Below, piece after piece: positions 30,360-40,497 of a stretch of 64,000 nucleotides of DNA (its first letter is position 1; each line of letters starts with the position of its first letter). Position numbers and translations under genes: made by a program. Source of the DNA: an uncultured virus (IMG/VR IMGVR_UViG_3300036791_001015) (taxonomy: Duplodnaviria > Heunggongvirae > Uroviricota > Caudoviricetes); the IMG/VR virus record IMGVR_UViG_3300036791_001015; one strand, 5' to 3'. Under the pieces are notes generated by a model. That model was not told the origin of the DNA. It did not search any database and was given only the letters and a program-made list of their open reading frames with translations.

Positions 30360-31218
30360 CGTCGTGTTCTATGACCGGACTTGGTTTTAGCAGCGGCGGC
30401 TGAGCGATATTAATCAGACCCTGATCGACCGCCGTCTGGAGCAGAATATCGACATTCTCCTCGATCGGGCGGGTGGGGTCGATCACCTCCAGCGGCTTCC
30501 TCGGCTGAATGAGGCCCATCAACTGCTGGAGATTTTCCATTGCCCTGGAGCGGTCGCGCATCTTCAGGCTGACGGAGCCATCCTTGTGCATGCGAATTTC
30601 ATCGATCGCCGCGCGCTGCCCCTCGGTCATCTTGTCGCGATCGATCGTCTTGGCGTAATTGCGCCCCAGCCCGTGGCATTCGGGGCAGTGGGGATGCGGC
30701 TTTAGCGTCCGGTCAAAACCAATACCGCCAAGATCGTCAAAGGGCACGCGGTTGTGCGGGGCCTTCTTTAACTGCTCCGATGTGTGCTTGCGCATCGCGG
30801 TGCGATATTCGGCCTGCGTGTACTGGTACTGATGATCAAAGCCCCAGCAATGCCTGCACGGGCCAGCGATCGGGAACGGCAGTTCGCAAGTCGCCAGATC
30901 GTGCCAGTAGCGCATGATCGCTTCGCCGTTGACCTCGGCGCGCTGGGCATGCTGGACCACGGCTCGGCTGAGTGTCGCCTTGACCAGCGGATCGGCCAGC
31001 AGCTTCCTGCCCTGCATCGCCGCGCTGCTCGCGGCGTAGCCCGCCTTGACCACAGCCTGACGGATCGCGCTGTGCTCATCGATCCCCTTCTGCTTCAGGG
31101 CCAGATAATACTCGGCAAAGCGGCGCTTGCGCATCACCGTCCGCCGCTTCTTCTGGGCGCGCGGGTCCTCGGAAGCCGTAGGCCTCCCTATCCGGTTCAG
31201 GCGCGGGCCTCTGGCCAT
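30319..31218 (-). CDS. terS: Terminase small subunit with Zn-finger insert
   Basis: RFAEYYL..AVVKAGYA HTH; CRHC...CPECHG; directly upstream of terL. Confidence 0.8.
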   Translation of the reverse strand: MARGPRLNRIGRPTASEDPRAQKKRRTVMRKRRFAEYYLALKQKGIDEHSAIRQAVVKAGYAASSAAMQGRKLLADPLVKATLSRAVVQHAQRAEVNGEAIMRYWHDLATCELPFPIAGPCRHCWGFDHQYQYTQAEYRTAMRKHTSEQLKKAPHNRVPFDDLGGIGFDRTLKPHPHCPECHGLGRNYAKTIDRDKMTEGQRAAIDEIRMHKDGSVSLKMRDRSRAMENLQQLMGLIQPRKPLEVIDPTRPIEENVDILLQTAVDQGLINIAQPPLLKPSPVIEHDDGSTEQLADAATG

Positions 31219-31341
31219 GCGGAATTTCTCTGTGGGATCAAGGCCTTGGGGCGGATGTACGGCTACCGCAGGCCCGGTTTTGAATAGTGGACATTTCCGA
31301 ATAGGCCGATACGCTGGCTCAGTCCAGCGAAAAAAAGCTTG

Positions 31342-31728
31342 CTAGGGTCGCTTGCCTGCTTCCAGCAACGGGATATTCGCCTCGGTCGGGACATAGATCA
31401 CCGTGGGGGACCGATTATTGCCCGCAACATCGGTGATCCACAGATATTTCAGATATGCCTCGTTGTTCCTGAGACTATCGCCAATAATCTGGTTGGCCTT
31501 GGCTACACCGCCGGCCCTGATCACCTCGGCATCGGCGAGGTTTTGTGCCGCCGCCTTTTTGGCCTCGGCCTCCTGCACCGCGACCTGCCGGTTGTAGGAG
31601 GCGCGGGCCAGTTCCGCCTCGCCTTGCAGCCGCTGGGAATAGACCTGCCATTGCGGGCATCCCCAGAGGCCACCTGCGGCCAGGATCATGACGAGAAAGG
31701 CGACAACGACACTGAGCGCGATCGGCAT
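31342..31728 (-). CDS. Membrane-anchored protein resembling a band-7/SPFH C-terminus
   Basis: N-terminal TM; AKANQIIGDSL..YLKYLWI...VIYVPTEAN motif. Confidence 0.6.
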   Translation of the reverse strand: MPIALSVVVAFLVMILAAGGLWGCPQWQVYSQRLQGEAELARASYNRQVAVQEAEAKKAAAQNLADAEVIRAGGVAKANQIIGDSLRNNEAYLKYLWITDVAGNNRSPTVIYVPTEANIPLLEAGKRP

Positions 31729-31740
31729 GCTTATGGCTCC

Positions 31741-33283
31741 CTATCCCAGATGCCTGCGGAGCGAACAACTGGTCTCGCGGAGAATGATCGAGGCGCGGGT
31801 CACTTCGACAAGATCGGTCGAATGCAATATCGCCTCGACCGCCTTGACGCACAGCGCCTCCTCTTCGGCGTGGTTGGAGGTGAGCGCGGCAACCAGCACA
31901 AGCGTTACCGCAGGCAGAACGATCAGCGGTATCCACCAAGAGTGAATAAGCGATTTTCTGGTCGTGGTCATTCCAGCTTGGCTTCCGCCTTGAGCGCGGC
32001 GTCGGCGGTGGCAAAGAGCCGATCCACCCCATCGAGATAGCGGTTGAGGCTGGTCAGCAACTGCTCGCGATACTGCGCACCGCCCTCGGCCAGCGTATAA
32101 TGCGCCACAAGGATCGTCACGATCATCCGGCCCACGACGGGATCATGCGGGGAGAGGCCCGCCTTCTCGCAGGCGAGGCGGAAATCACGAAACAATTCCC
32201 GCGCCAGCGCCGTCTCCGCTTTATGATCCATCGGTCAATCCCTCGGTGACTTGGTCGAGCGCCTCCAAGACGCACATCCCGCAGTATTTCCGCCGGAAGG
32301 TCGATTGGCCGCGCCTGGGTGTCACCGAGATCAAAAAGCCACCCTCCTGCGCGCCGTGCTTGGAGCAGATCATCGGCTTGTCGGCGGGTGTCTTGGTGGA
32401 CCATGCGCCAAAATCAAACGGGATGTAATGCTCACTCATCGCTGGCGTCCACGTGCGCGATAAATTCCTGCAAGGCCTCGACTGGGTGCTCAGCCGCGCC
32501 CGCCGTCGCGATCAGCGTGTCAAAATCACGCCCGACAATCCGGCCCAGCGCCCGCATATCGGCAATATACTGCTTTGCCCATTGCGGCTCCTCCTCGACC
32601 AGATGAGCATGATCGTCGCACAGATCGATCACCTCGCGCTCAAACCGGTCGCCTGCCCAGGACAGCATCCGCGCCTGATCCTCGGCTTGGCCGTCCTTCT
32701 CAAACACTGCGACGATCGTCTCGTTGAGGAGATCGGGTTCCGGTGACCAGCGGTGCAGCCGCCAGGAATGCAGCCGGTAACCGCGTTCGAGATTGTTGTT
32801 GATCGCGTCCTCAAACCGCTCGCCCAAGTGGCGGCGCATGTGGCGGGTGTCCTCGGTATTCTCCTCGGGCCAGTTCTTGCTGATCTCGGCAACGATAAAT
32901 TTCTGATCTTCCACGGTTTACTCCCAGGACTGAGGCAGCTTTACCAAGCCGATATTCAGCGCCGCCCGCACACTGTCATAGGGTCCTATCCAGAGCGGCT
33001 GAGGATGCGAGCGCGGCGAGATATTCAATGTGCGGCCTTGTTGATCAAATGCATATAGTACACCAATTCCATGATACAACTGCCCGTTCAACGCATAGTA
33101 TTCCGGTGCCGTGGATGGCAAGGCGGCGTTGTTGAACAGACCGTAGCTGCTCCCGCCGTGATGCACGATCGTGTGCGTGGTCAGATCGATGCCGCCGGCG
33201 AGACTAATCTCCTGATCGGGCACCGTCTTATAGACCACCTTCTGCTCTCGGGGATCGATCACGGCAATCTTGCGCATCGGCAT
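31741..33283 (-). CDS. Cluster of five small hypothetical genes (31741-31971, 31968-32231, 32221-32439, 32432-32914, 32918-33283)
   Basis: Tightly coupled ORFs with overlapping or adjacent stop and start codons. Confidence 0.55.
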
Positions 33284-33309
33284 TGCGGCCTCCGCTCAGT
33301 CTATACCCC

Positions 33310-33341
33310 AAAACAAAACGGCCTGCCTTTTGGGCAGGCCG
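33310..33341 (-). terminator. Rho-independent terminator
   Basis: CGGCCTGCC stem with short loop followed by TTTTGTTTT on the minus strand. Confidence 0.7.
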
Positions 33342-33368
33342 CGCTCCAAGGGAAGGCTTAGAAGGTCT

Positions 33369-33938
33369 TCACATCGACCAGTAGGTTTCGGAGGCGGGCG
33401 AGCAGTAGATCGGTGTGTCCTTGGCTTCGAGGTAAAGCTGATCGTTACCTTGAAAACCGCCAATGACGTTGCGCCGGATCGCCACCGCCGCATAACCCGT
33501 CGCAGCCAGGATCGCGTTAATCTCATCGACCGTGCCGACCACCGGCCCGCCGGTTTCCGGCGTGAACATGATCAGCGTCGGCATCAACAGCGGATCGCCA
33601 GCGGCGGCGACCAGCTTCATCTTGTTGGTAGGGCAGGGCTTCAAAACCGGTCCTGCATTCCGCCGTGTCCGTGCCATCTCAGTATCTCCTTCTCAAAACC
33701 GTTAGGCCGCAGCAGTGGCGTAAGACGCCGGGCTGTAGACCGGACCATTCGATGCCCACGCGGGCTTCTCGGGCCAATCGGCGACCGCCGCCTTCATCAT
33801 CGCGTTCATCGCCTCGGCAACGCCCATCCACTCGGAGACCGGCGCACCCATGACCATCAGCGCCTTGGCGTATTTCGCCGCCGCAACGCTCAAAGCCGAC
33901 CAGCAGCTTTTTTCGACCATCGAAACCATCTTTTCCAT
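33369..33938 (-). CDS. Two small hypothetical genes (33369-33677, 33702-33938)
   Basis: ORFs with RBS downstream of the leftward promoter. Confidence 0.5.
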
Positions 33939-33957
33939 TTTGCCCTCTCTTTCGTTT

Positions 33958-34065
33958 TATATATAGAGAGGATCGCCACAGAATGCAATAGGCAAGATCG
34001 ATATTTTTTCTGCGATCGGGATATTTTTCCCCTTGCAATCTGATGCGATACGCCTTATCTGTATA
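33958..34065. promoter_or_regulatory. Divergent sigma70-like promoters
   Basis: Minus strand TTGCAT-N17-TATATA; plus strand TTGCAA-N17-TATCTG; AT-rich intergenic region at a strand switch. Confidence 0.65.
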
Positions 34066-34084
34066 ACGAAAGAACGAGGACGAA

Positions 34085-34270
34085 ATGAACGAACATCAGA
34101 AAAAGGCCTATGGTGCAGTATTCGATATCGGCGAGGCGATCAGCAAGCTGATCGTCCACGCCAAATCATCGATGCAGCCGCTCGAATTGCCTGAGGCTGT
34201 GGTCCTCAAGCTGATCGAGGCGCAACAGGCGGTCTTTGCCGCCAACCGGCTGATGCAGGAGATGGTGTGA
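34085..34270 (+). CDS. Hypothetical protein
   Basis: GAGGA RBS; coupled to the helicase gene. Confidence 0.55.
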   Translation: MNEHQKKAYGAVFDIGEAISKLIVHAKSSMQPLELPEAVVLKLIEAQQAVFAANRLMQEMV

Positions 34271-35961
34271 TGGCAATATCAGTCATTCGACAAGGCGACC
34301 GGTGGATCGCCCGGTTCCCGTGGTCGGTCGAGACCAAGGATATCGTCAAGGCGGCGGGCTTCCGGTTCGATGGCCCATCGCGGACGTGGTACACGCTCGA
34401 TGAAGCGGTCGCGCGGCGGCTCGACCCGGCGACAGCGGAGGCTGCGGTCGCGGAGGCCAACCGGTCGATCGCGATGTCACGGGCCGTCGCCACCACAATG
34501 GCGGTGCCAGCGCCTGCGGGTCTTGCCTATTACGATTATCAGGAGGCAGGCGTCGCCTATGCCTTGGCGCGGAAGGACACGCTGATTGCCGACGAGATGG
34601 GGCTGGGCAAGACGATCCAGGCAATCGGCCTCATCAACAGCGATCCGTCGATCCGCAAGGTGCTGATCATCTGCCCTGCGACGCTCAAGATTAACTGGCG
34701 GCTGGAGCTACAGAAGTGGCTGGTTGTGCCACGGAGTATCGCCATTGCCAACGGCCAGTGGCCCAACGCCGATATCGTGATCACTAATTACGATATCTTG
34801 AAGAAGTGGCGGCTGGGCGACGGATCGGCGATCGACGCGGTCGATTGGGATTTGCTGGTTGTCGATGAGGCGCATTATCTCAAGAACGAAAAGACGCAGC
34901 GGACCAAGTTGGTGCTGGGCAATGGCGAGCGGCTCCTGCCGATCAAGGCCAAGCGGAAGCTGTTCCTGACCGGGACGCCGATCGTCAACCGGCCACGCGA
35001 ATTGTGGACGCTGCTGCACGCGCTCGATCCACATGATATCGGGCGGAATTTCTTTGCCTTTGGCAAGCGGTATTGCGCCGCGCACCAGACCGCTCTCGGC
35101 TACTGGGATTTTAACGGGGCCTCCAACACGGAAGAGCTTCAGCAGCGGCTGCGGGCAAAATTTATGATCCGGCGGCTCAAGGCCGATGTGCTGACGGAGC
35201 TTCCGCCCAAGCAACGGCAGATCATTGTGCTGACGCCCGACCGGGCCGCGCGGGCGACGATTGCCGCTGAGCGAGCCGTCTGGGGGCTGGCGGAAGACGC
35301 TGACGACAATGCCTATGCCGACGCGGTCAGCCGGTTGCGGCAGCGGGGCATCCCCTTTGAGGAGATCGCGCGGCGGCGGCATGACACGGCAGTGGCCAAA
35401 ATCCCGCAGGTCATCGAGCATCTTCGGGACTGCCTCGATGCGGAGGAAAAGGTGGTCGTGTTTGTCCACCATCACGATGTGGCGCACGCCATCGAGGCCG
35501 CGTTCCCCGAAATGCAGCCTGCGGTGCTGACCGGCGAAACCGCGATGGGCGTGCCTCGGCAAATGGCGATCGAGCGGTTCCAGGCCGATCCCCGGTGCCG
35601 GTTGTTTATCGCCAGCATCATGGCCGCAGGCGTCGGCATCACGCTGACCGCCGCACGGCTCGCGGTGTTCGCGGAACTGGACTGGGTGCCCGGTAACGTC
35701 TCTCAGGCTGAGGATCGGTTGCACCGGATCGGGCAGATCAGCCCCGTGCTGGTCCAGCATCTGGTGTTTGATGGCTCGATCGACGCGCGGATGGCATCGG
35801 TGAACATCCAGAAGCAGGTCGTGATCGAGGCGGCGGTCGATAGCCCGATCGCGGCGGTGCGGATGAGCGAGGCGCAGGCGGCGATGGTCGCTGAGGCCAA
35901 CCGGCCCGGTGCCGTCGCCGATAACGGCCCGCCGGATTACGGAGACGATATACCGTTCTAA
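34267..35961 (+). CDS. SNF2-family helicase with N-terminal HARP-like domain
   Basis: ADEMGLGKT, VDEAHYLKN, LTGTP and QAEDRLHRIGQ motifs. Confidence 0.9.
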   Translation: MMAISVIRQGDRWIARFPWSVETKDIVKAAGFRFDGPSRTWYTLDEAVARRLDPATAEAAVAEANRSIAMSRAVATTMAVPAPAGLAYYDYQEAGVAYALARKDTLIADEMGLGKTIQAIGLINSDPSIRKVLIICPATLKINWRLELQKWLVVPRSIAIANGQWPNADIVITNYDILKKWRLGDGSAIDAVDWDLLVVDEAHYLKNEKTQRTKLVLGNGERLLPIKAKRKLFLTGTPIVNRPRELWTLLHALDPHDIGRNFFAFGKRYCAAHQTALGYWDFNGASNTEELQQRLRAKFMIRRLKADVLTELPPKQRQIIVLTPDRAARATIAAERAVWGLAEDADDNAYADAVSRLRQRGIPFEEIARRRHDTAVAKIPQVIEHLRDCLDAEEKVVVFVHHHDVAHAIEAAFPEMQPAVLTGETAMGVPRQMAIERFQADPRCRLFIASIMAAGVGITLTAARLAVFAELDWVPGNVSQAEDRLHRIGQISPVLVQHLVFDGSIDARMASVNIQKQVVIEAAVDSPIAAVRMSEAQAAMVAEANRPGAVADNGPPDYGDDIPF

Positions 35962-35995
35962 ATGAAAATGCCCCGACGCGCGAGCGCCGGGGCAA
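35962..35995. terminator. Hairpin between convergent genes
   Basis: GCCCCG...CGGGGC stem with an A-rich flank. Confidence 0.55.
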
Positions 35996-36437
35996 GGTTC
36001 TCAGTGCTACCCATCCACCCGCTATCCGGCGCACGCCTTTCCTAGCTGGTTGATAGGTCTGGCTACTATGCCGGAAAAATCATGATCACGCCATCGATCT
36101 TTTCAAAGTGCTTCAGCGCCATCTCCAGCGTCGCGTAGCGCCTGCTGACCGTGCGTGTCGCCGTCCAATGGCCAGTGCGCCAGCGCATCCACATGAGATG
36201 CAGATGGAAATACCCATCCGGTCCCCAACGCAGGCCCCATGTCGGGCTGCAATCATTCCAGTTCATAAATCCTCGTCCTCGGACGCACCGGGCCATTTCG
36301 CCCCGGTCATCAGAAATAGCTCGGCTTGGTGAATACCGGGTGTCGCGTCCCCGGTCCGATACAACGACAGTGCTACATCCTCATCCTTGGTGAAAAATGT
36401 GAGCTTATACACATGTCCCCCTGTTTCTTTGGTTTGG

Positions 36438-38048
36438 TCATTCGCGTAGCCTCTTAATCAAATCACGATCGCCGACCAGCGCATCGAGGAATGATTTACC
36501 CTCGGCGTTGAAATCGAGGATGCGCTGCTCGATCGAGGCACACACCAGATCATCCATGACCAACGGTCGCTCGCCGCGCGCCAAGGGGCGGCTCTCGGCT
36601 TGCTTGCGGCTGATGACGCCCGGCGGGCTTTCGTAGAACAAGAGCCAGTCAGCGCGGCTGAGATTGATCGCGGTGCCACCGGTCGCGGCATTCGAGATGA
36701 TCACCGGCAGGTCGCCCTCTTGGAACCGATCGATGATCTTGCGTCGCTCGCCCATCGGTGTCCCGCCGTATATCCAGCCGCATTTGATCTTTAGCTTCTT
36801 GAAAAGCTGGACCAATCGCTCGCCAGAATGTGTGTATTCGTGAAAAATGACAACCTTAAATTCGTCGCCGATATCAGCGAATGTCTCCTCCAGCCAGTCG
36901 AGCTTGGCGCAATCGAGATCGAGGATATGTTGCTCGTCGGTGTCGGGATCGGTAACCACGGTAAAGCCAGAGGCGATCTGGCGCAGGCGCAGAAAGATAT
37001 TCTCGATCGCCTGACGGCTGGCCCGCTCCTTGGTCGCCTCGATATGGTCGCCGATCGCCAAGCGATACGCGGCGCGCTGCTTGGGCAGCATGGTCAGTTC
37101 GATGACGTTCGAAATAACATTGGTATCCTGAATATCCGACAGCGCTAGCGACATAACCATGTGCTGGAGCTTCCCGCGCAGGATATCCATCTGCCGTTCG
37201 TGGTTGCGGCTCCCCGGTTTGGGGAAGACGTACTGATAGCCCAGCCGGTTGAAATGGTGATAGGCGCGGTCGCCAAACGCCTCCTCAAAAAAGAACCGGC
37301 TGGTCGAGAGGCTCTCGCCGCCATCCATCAGAAACGCCTCGGCCCACAAGACAAAGGGATTGCGGCCAAATGGCGTCCCCGTGAGGCCTGCGCGCCAGCG
37401 ACAATGCTTGACGAGTTCCACGGCGATCTTAAAGCGCAGCGCCTGATCATTCATGGCTTTATGAATTTCGTCGATGATCGCACAGTCAAATAACTCGGCC
37501 ACGGCGCGCAGCTTGGCATAATCGGGATAGCGCTTGTTGCGGCCTACCTTTGCGCCGCGCGCCACGGGGCGCATCTCGGAGAATAGCTCTTGCAGCGTGG
37601 ACCATGTGGTGCAGACCGCATCGGCGTCGCTCTCCAGCGCGTCGCAGAGATCGTCCCATGCGGTCTTGCCCGACCGCACAAAGCGGATATCGAGCTTGCT
37701 GTGCAGGCGATACTGGCTCTGCCACTCATCGATGCCGATCGGCGCGTGCGCGATGATCAGCGCACGGCGGACCTTGCCGGTGTCGCGCAGAAACGACAGC
37801 CAGTCGAGTGAGAGCTTGGTCTTGCCGGTGCGCGGGTCCCAGTACCACAGCACGCGTTGCGCCCACAGGCCAAAGGCCAAGCCCTGGATTTGCGACAAGC
37901 GTGGCGGCGTCTTAAACCGGGGCTGCGCGCCGTTGAAGATTTTGGCGATCAGGTCGAGGCACCAGTCCTGCCCCTTCCCCTTGATATCGATGGTCGATTG
38001 CGGCTTCGCGGCCAGGAACCGGTTGATGGCCTCGGGTGAAGTTGGCAC
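36438..38048 (-). CDS. SNF2-like superfamily 2 helicase
   Basis: DPRTGKT, IIDEIH, LTGTP and LRLRQIASGF motifs. Confidence 0.85.
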   Translation of the reverse strand: MPTSPEAINRFLAAKPQSTIDIKGKGQDWCLDLIAKIFNGAQPRFKTPPRLSQIQGLAFGLWAQRVLWYWDPRTGKTKLSLDWLSFLRDTGKVRRALIIAHAPIGIDEWQSQYRLHSKLDIRFVRSGKTAWDDLCDALESDADAVCTTWSTLQELFSEMRPVARGAKVGRNKRYPDYAKLRAVAELFDCAIIDEIHKAMNDQALRFKIAVELVKHCRWRAGLTGTPFGRNPFVLWAEAFLMDGGESLSTSRFFFEEAFGDRAYHHFNRLGYQYVFPKPGSRNHERQMDILRGKLQHMVMSLALSDIQDTNVISNVIELTMLPKQRAAYRLAIGDHIEATKERASRQAIENIFLRLRQIASGFTVVTDPDTDEQHILDLDCAKLDWLEETFADIGDEFKVVIFHEYTHSGERLVQLFKKLKIKCGWIYGGTPMGERRKIIDRFQEGDLPVIISNAATGGTAINLSRADWLLFYESPPGVISRKQAESRPLARGERPLVMDDLVCASIEQRILDFNAEGKSFLDALVGDRDLIKRLRE

Positions 38049-38083
38049 GTTATCCCCTCAATCCATCCTTTAAATATATCTCG

Positions 38084-39523
38084 TTACTCCTCTTCTGTCA
38101 AGTAAGCTTCTTGGTCCTCGCCAAACACACGCGCGGTCTCGTCGGCAACCATCTTTGACATATAGACGCTATCGATGCAGAATTGTCCGGTCGCATAGGA
38201 CTGGGATATCTGGGCGATCCACTTATCGGGGGCGTTACGGGCGGCATCGATGTAGAGCCGCGCCATATTGTTCTCACGCTCCTGCGGGCTTTGTGTATAC
38301 GTGACCACCGTGTCGGCGGTGCCCAGCAGCGACCAGTCCTCCGCGACATGCGTCCCTGAGATGACCTTCGCCTTCTCCGATGCCCGGTTGGTCTGCGTCG
38401 CGGTTACCATCGCCAGCTTACGTGTCACGGCAATCCCGCGCAGTGTCACGCCCAGACGGCCAAGCGATAACCGGTGCTGCCGCACATCACCGATTTCCAT
38501 GAGATTAAGATAATCGAGGATCACGATATCGGGCTTGAAGCGCTCGCTGCGCTCCAAGTGATCGAGGAGATTGTTGACCTGCGGGATGGTCAGCGTGCCG
38601 GTCGGAAATTCCTGCACCAGCAGCCGCCCAGGCGACCCCGGTTTGCCGGTGTAGATATAACCCTCCATCGCCTTCTTTAGCCCGGTCTCCGTCTTCTCGC
38701 TGATCGCCCCCGCCGGATCGACTTGATCCCAATCCAGCCGGAACCGCCCTCCTCCATCAAACGAGAAGAGCGGGATGCGCATCGTCCGCGCCTGCTCGGT
38801 GGTGAATTGCAAAAACGCCTGTGTGTAACGCAACCGCGTGATCTCGCTGGAATTCTCCAGCGTGATATGCAGCACATCGTGGCGCTTTTCGACCGCACGG
38901 CGGCCAATCTGGATCAGCGCCCACGTCTTACCGGACTTGCGCGGCCCCATATGCAAATAGAGTTCACTGCGATCGGGATGGATGCCGTGCTCATCGAGGA
39001 TATCGATCCCAGAAGAAAATTCGACGCCTTCCTTCTTGTTGAGAAAGCTGAGCCACTTCCCGGTGTCGTGCAACCACACGCCTTCCGCAGGCTTGGCCAC
39101 AGCAGAGGCGGCATAGAGTGCGTCGCGCGCCCCCTGGACATCGAGTTGGTCGAGCCTACCAAAGGCCTCCTCCATCGACAGCGCCATCTTGCGCACGGCG
39201 ATAAACAGGTCGAGCTTCTCCTGCACCGGTTCGCTCTGAAGCGAGGGATGCAGTTCCTCCATCCCCTCGATAATCCCGCGTAGGAACGAGCCTTCGCGGC
39301 GACGAAGTTCGGTTTCGAGGTAGTCGCGCAAGTGGACACGCGGCGGCACGCCGTAGCGCGCGACATGCTCCATCGCAAACTGCGCGATGCGTTGATATTC
39401 GCGTGTCGAGAACAGATCGGCTGTGATCTGCATGGCAACAACCGGTGCCATTTCATAATCCCAGCACAGCTTGGTCAGCACGTTATCTTCCAGATTGTCC
39501 TTTAGCAGTTTGGCGACGGCCAT
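38084..39523 (-). CDS. DnaB-like replicative helicase
   Basis: GPRKSGKT, HITLE, ILDYLNLM and TATQTNR motifs. Confidence 0.85.
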   Translation of the reverse strand: MAVAKLLKDNLEDNVLTKLCWDYEMAPVVAMQITADLFSTREYQRIAQFAMEHVARYGVPPRVHLRDYLETELRRREGSFLRGIIEGMEELHPSLQSEPVQEKLDLFIAVRKMALSMEEAFGRLDQLDVQGARDALYAASAVAKPAEGVWLHDTGKWLSFLNKKEGVEFSSGIDILDEHGIHPDRSELYLHMGPRKSGKTWALIQIGRRAVEKRHDVLHITLENSSEITRLRYTQAFLQFTTEQARTMRIPLFSFDGGGRFRLDWDQVDPAGAISEKTETGLKKAMEGYIYTGKPGSPGRLLVQEFPTGTLTIPQVNNLLDHLERSERFKPDIVILDYLNLMEIGDVRQHRLSLGRLGVTLRGIAVTRKLAMVTATQTNRASEKAKVISGTHVAEDWSLLGTADTVVTYTQSPQERENNMARLYIDAARNAPDKWIAQISQSYATGQFCIDSVYMSKMVADETARVFGEDQEAYLTEEE

Positions 39524-39538
39524 GTTGTGTCCCCCTGA

Positions 39539-40240
39539 TCAATGGCCAAGCTCCTGGCCCCAGACCAGCACATGGAGTTGCGGTAGAACGGTGCAGTTCG
39601 CCAGCTTGGGCCGCTCGATGACGGCCCCCGCCAACCATCTATACTGCTGCGTGACAGCAGCAGCGGGATACCGGGCATTAAGCGCGGTGCCAGCCGAGAG
39701 ATACATCTGAATATCCGGCAGAAAGCGGCGGATACGCTCGGCAAAATCGAGATCGGCGGTGTCAAAGCAGACTAGCTTGAGCACCATGCGCGCCCGTAGC
39801 CGGGCATGGTATTTTTGCAGGACCACCGGATCGAGGCGATCGACCATCCCCGATGACGGCCCCTTGGGCGAGACGGTGACGATGTGGCAGTATTCGAGCC
39901 ACTCCTGCCAGTATGCCCCCTGTGTCTCGACCGCGATCTTGTATTCCGCGCTCAGCGGGATAACGACGCCGGTCAGGTCCCAATCGACCGGATCGCCCCC
40001 GGTGATCGTCAGCCACGGCGCGGGGGCCTTGAGCCAGTGAACGCGCTCGACAATCTCCCCCGCCGTCAGCCGGTGCGCCTTGCTGATATGGTTGGGATCG
40101 ACCGCGTGCATGCTGTCGCACCACGTACAGCGGTAGGCGCAGCCAAAGGTGCGCAGGACATGCGAGACCTGACCGGCGAGCGCCCCCTCGCCCTGGATCG
40201 TCGGGCCGTATATCTCGCTCACCATGATCTGGTCAGGCAT
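39539..40240 (-). CDS. queE: 7-carboxy-7-deazaguanine synthase (radical SAM)
   Basis: EIYGPTIQGEG, GCAYRCTWCDS, TGGDP, VETQG, VSPK and LPQLH motifs. Confidence 0.9.
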   Translation of the reverse strand: MPDQIMVSEIYGPTIQGEGALAGQVSHVLRTFGCAYRCTWCDSMHAVDPNHISKAHRLTAGEIVERVHWLKAPAPWLTITGGDPVDWDLTGVVIPLSAEYKIAVETQGAYWQEWLEYCHIVTVSPKGPSSGMVDRLDPVVLQKYHARLRARMVLKLVCFDTADLDFAERIRRFLPDIQMYLSAGTALNARYPAAAVTQQYRWLAGAVIERPKLANCTVLPQLHVLVWGQELGH

Positions 40241-40467
40241 TACTCTTCCCCCGCAAGCGCCTCCGCCTCCCAACGGCCAATCTCATGTTCCAGCATGGCG
40301 ACGGTCTGAAGCATCGTCGTCACCAAGGCGACATCCTCGGGCGTGATGCCAACCACGCTGCGGCGGCGGTCCATGACGATTTGCTGCAACAGGTCACGCG
40401 CCCGCTCCATGCGGGTGATGTGCTGCTTTGGTTTGATCCGGCGTTTAGTTGGGACCTTCGTCATCAC
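40240..40467 (-). CDS. Hypothetical protein
   Basis: Short coupled ORF. Confidence 0.5.
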   Translation of the reverse strand: MMTKVPTKRRIKPKQHITRMERARDLLQQIVMDRRRSVVGITPEDVALVTTMLQTVAMLEHEIGRWEAEALAGEE

Positions 40468-40497
40468 TTCCCCCGCGACAAGGCGAAATGCAGCCCT

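Noticed and set aside
33935..33975. Self-target of array unit U9 in the early promoter region
   Set aside because: A manual gapped alignment matched only about half of the dinucleotides, which is not convincing without a proper search.
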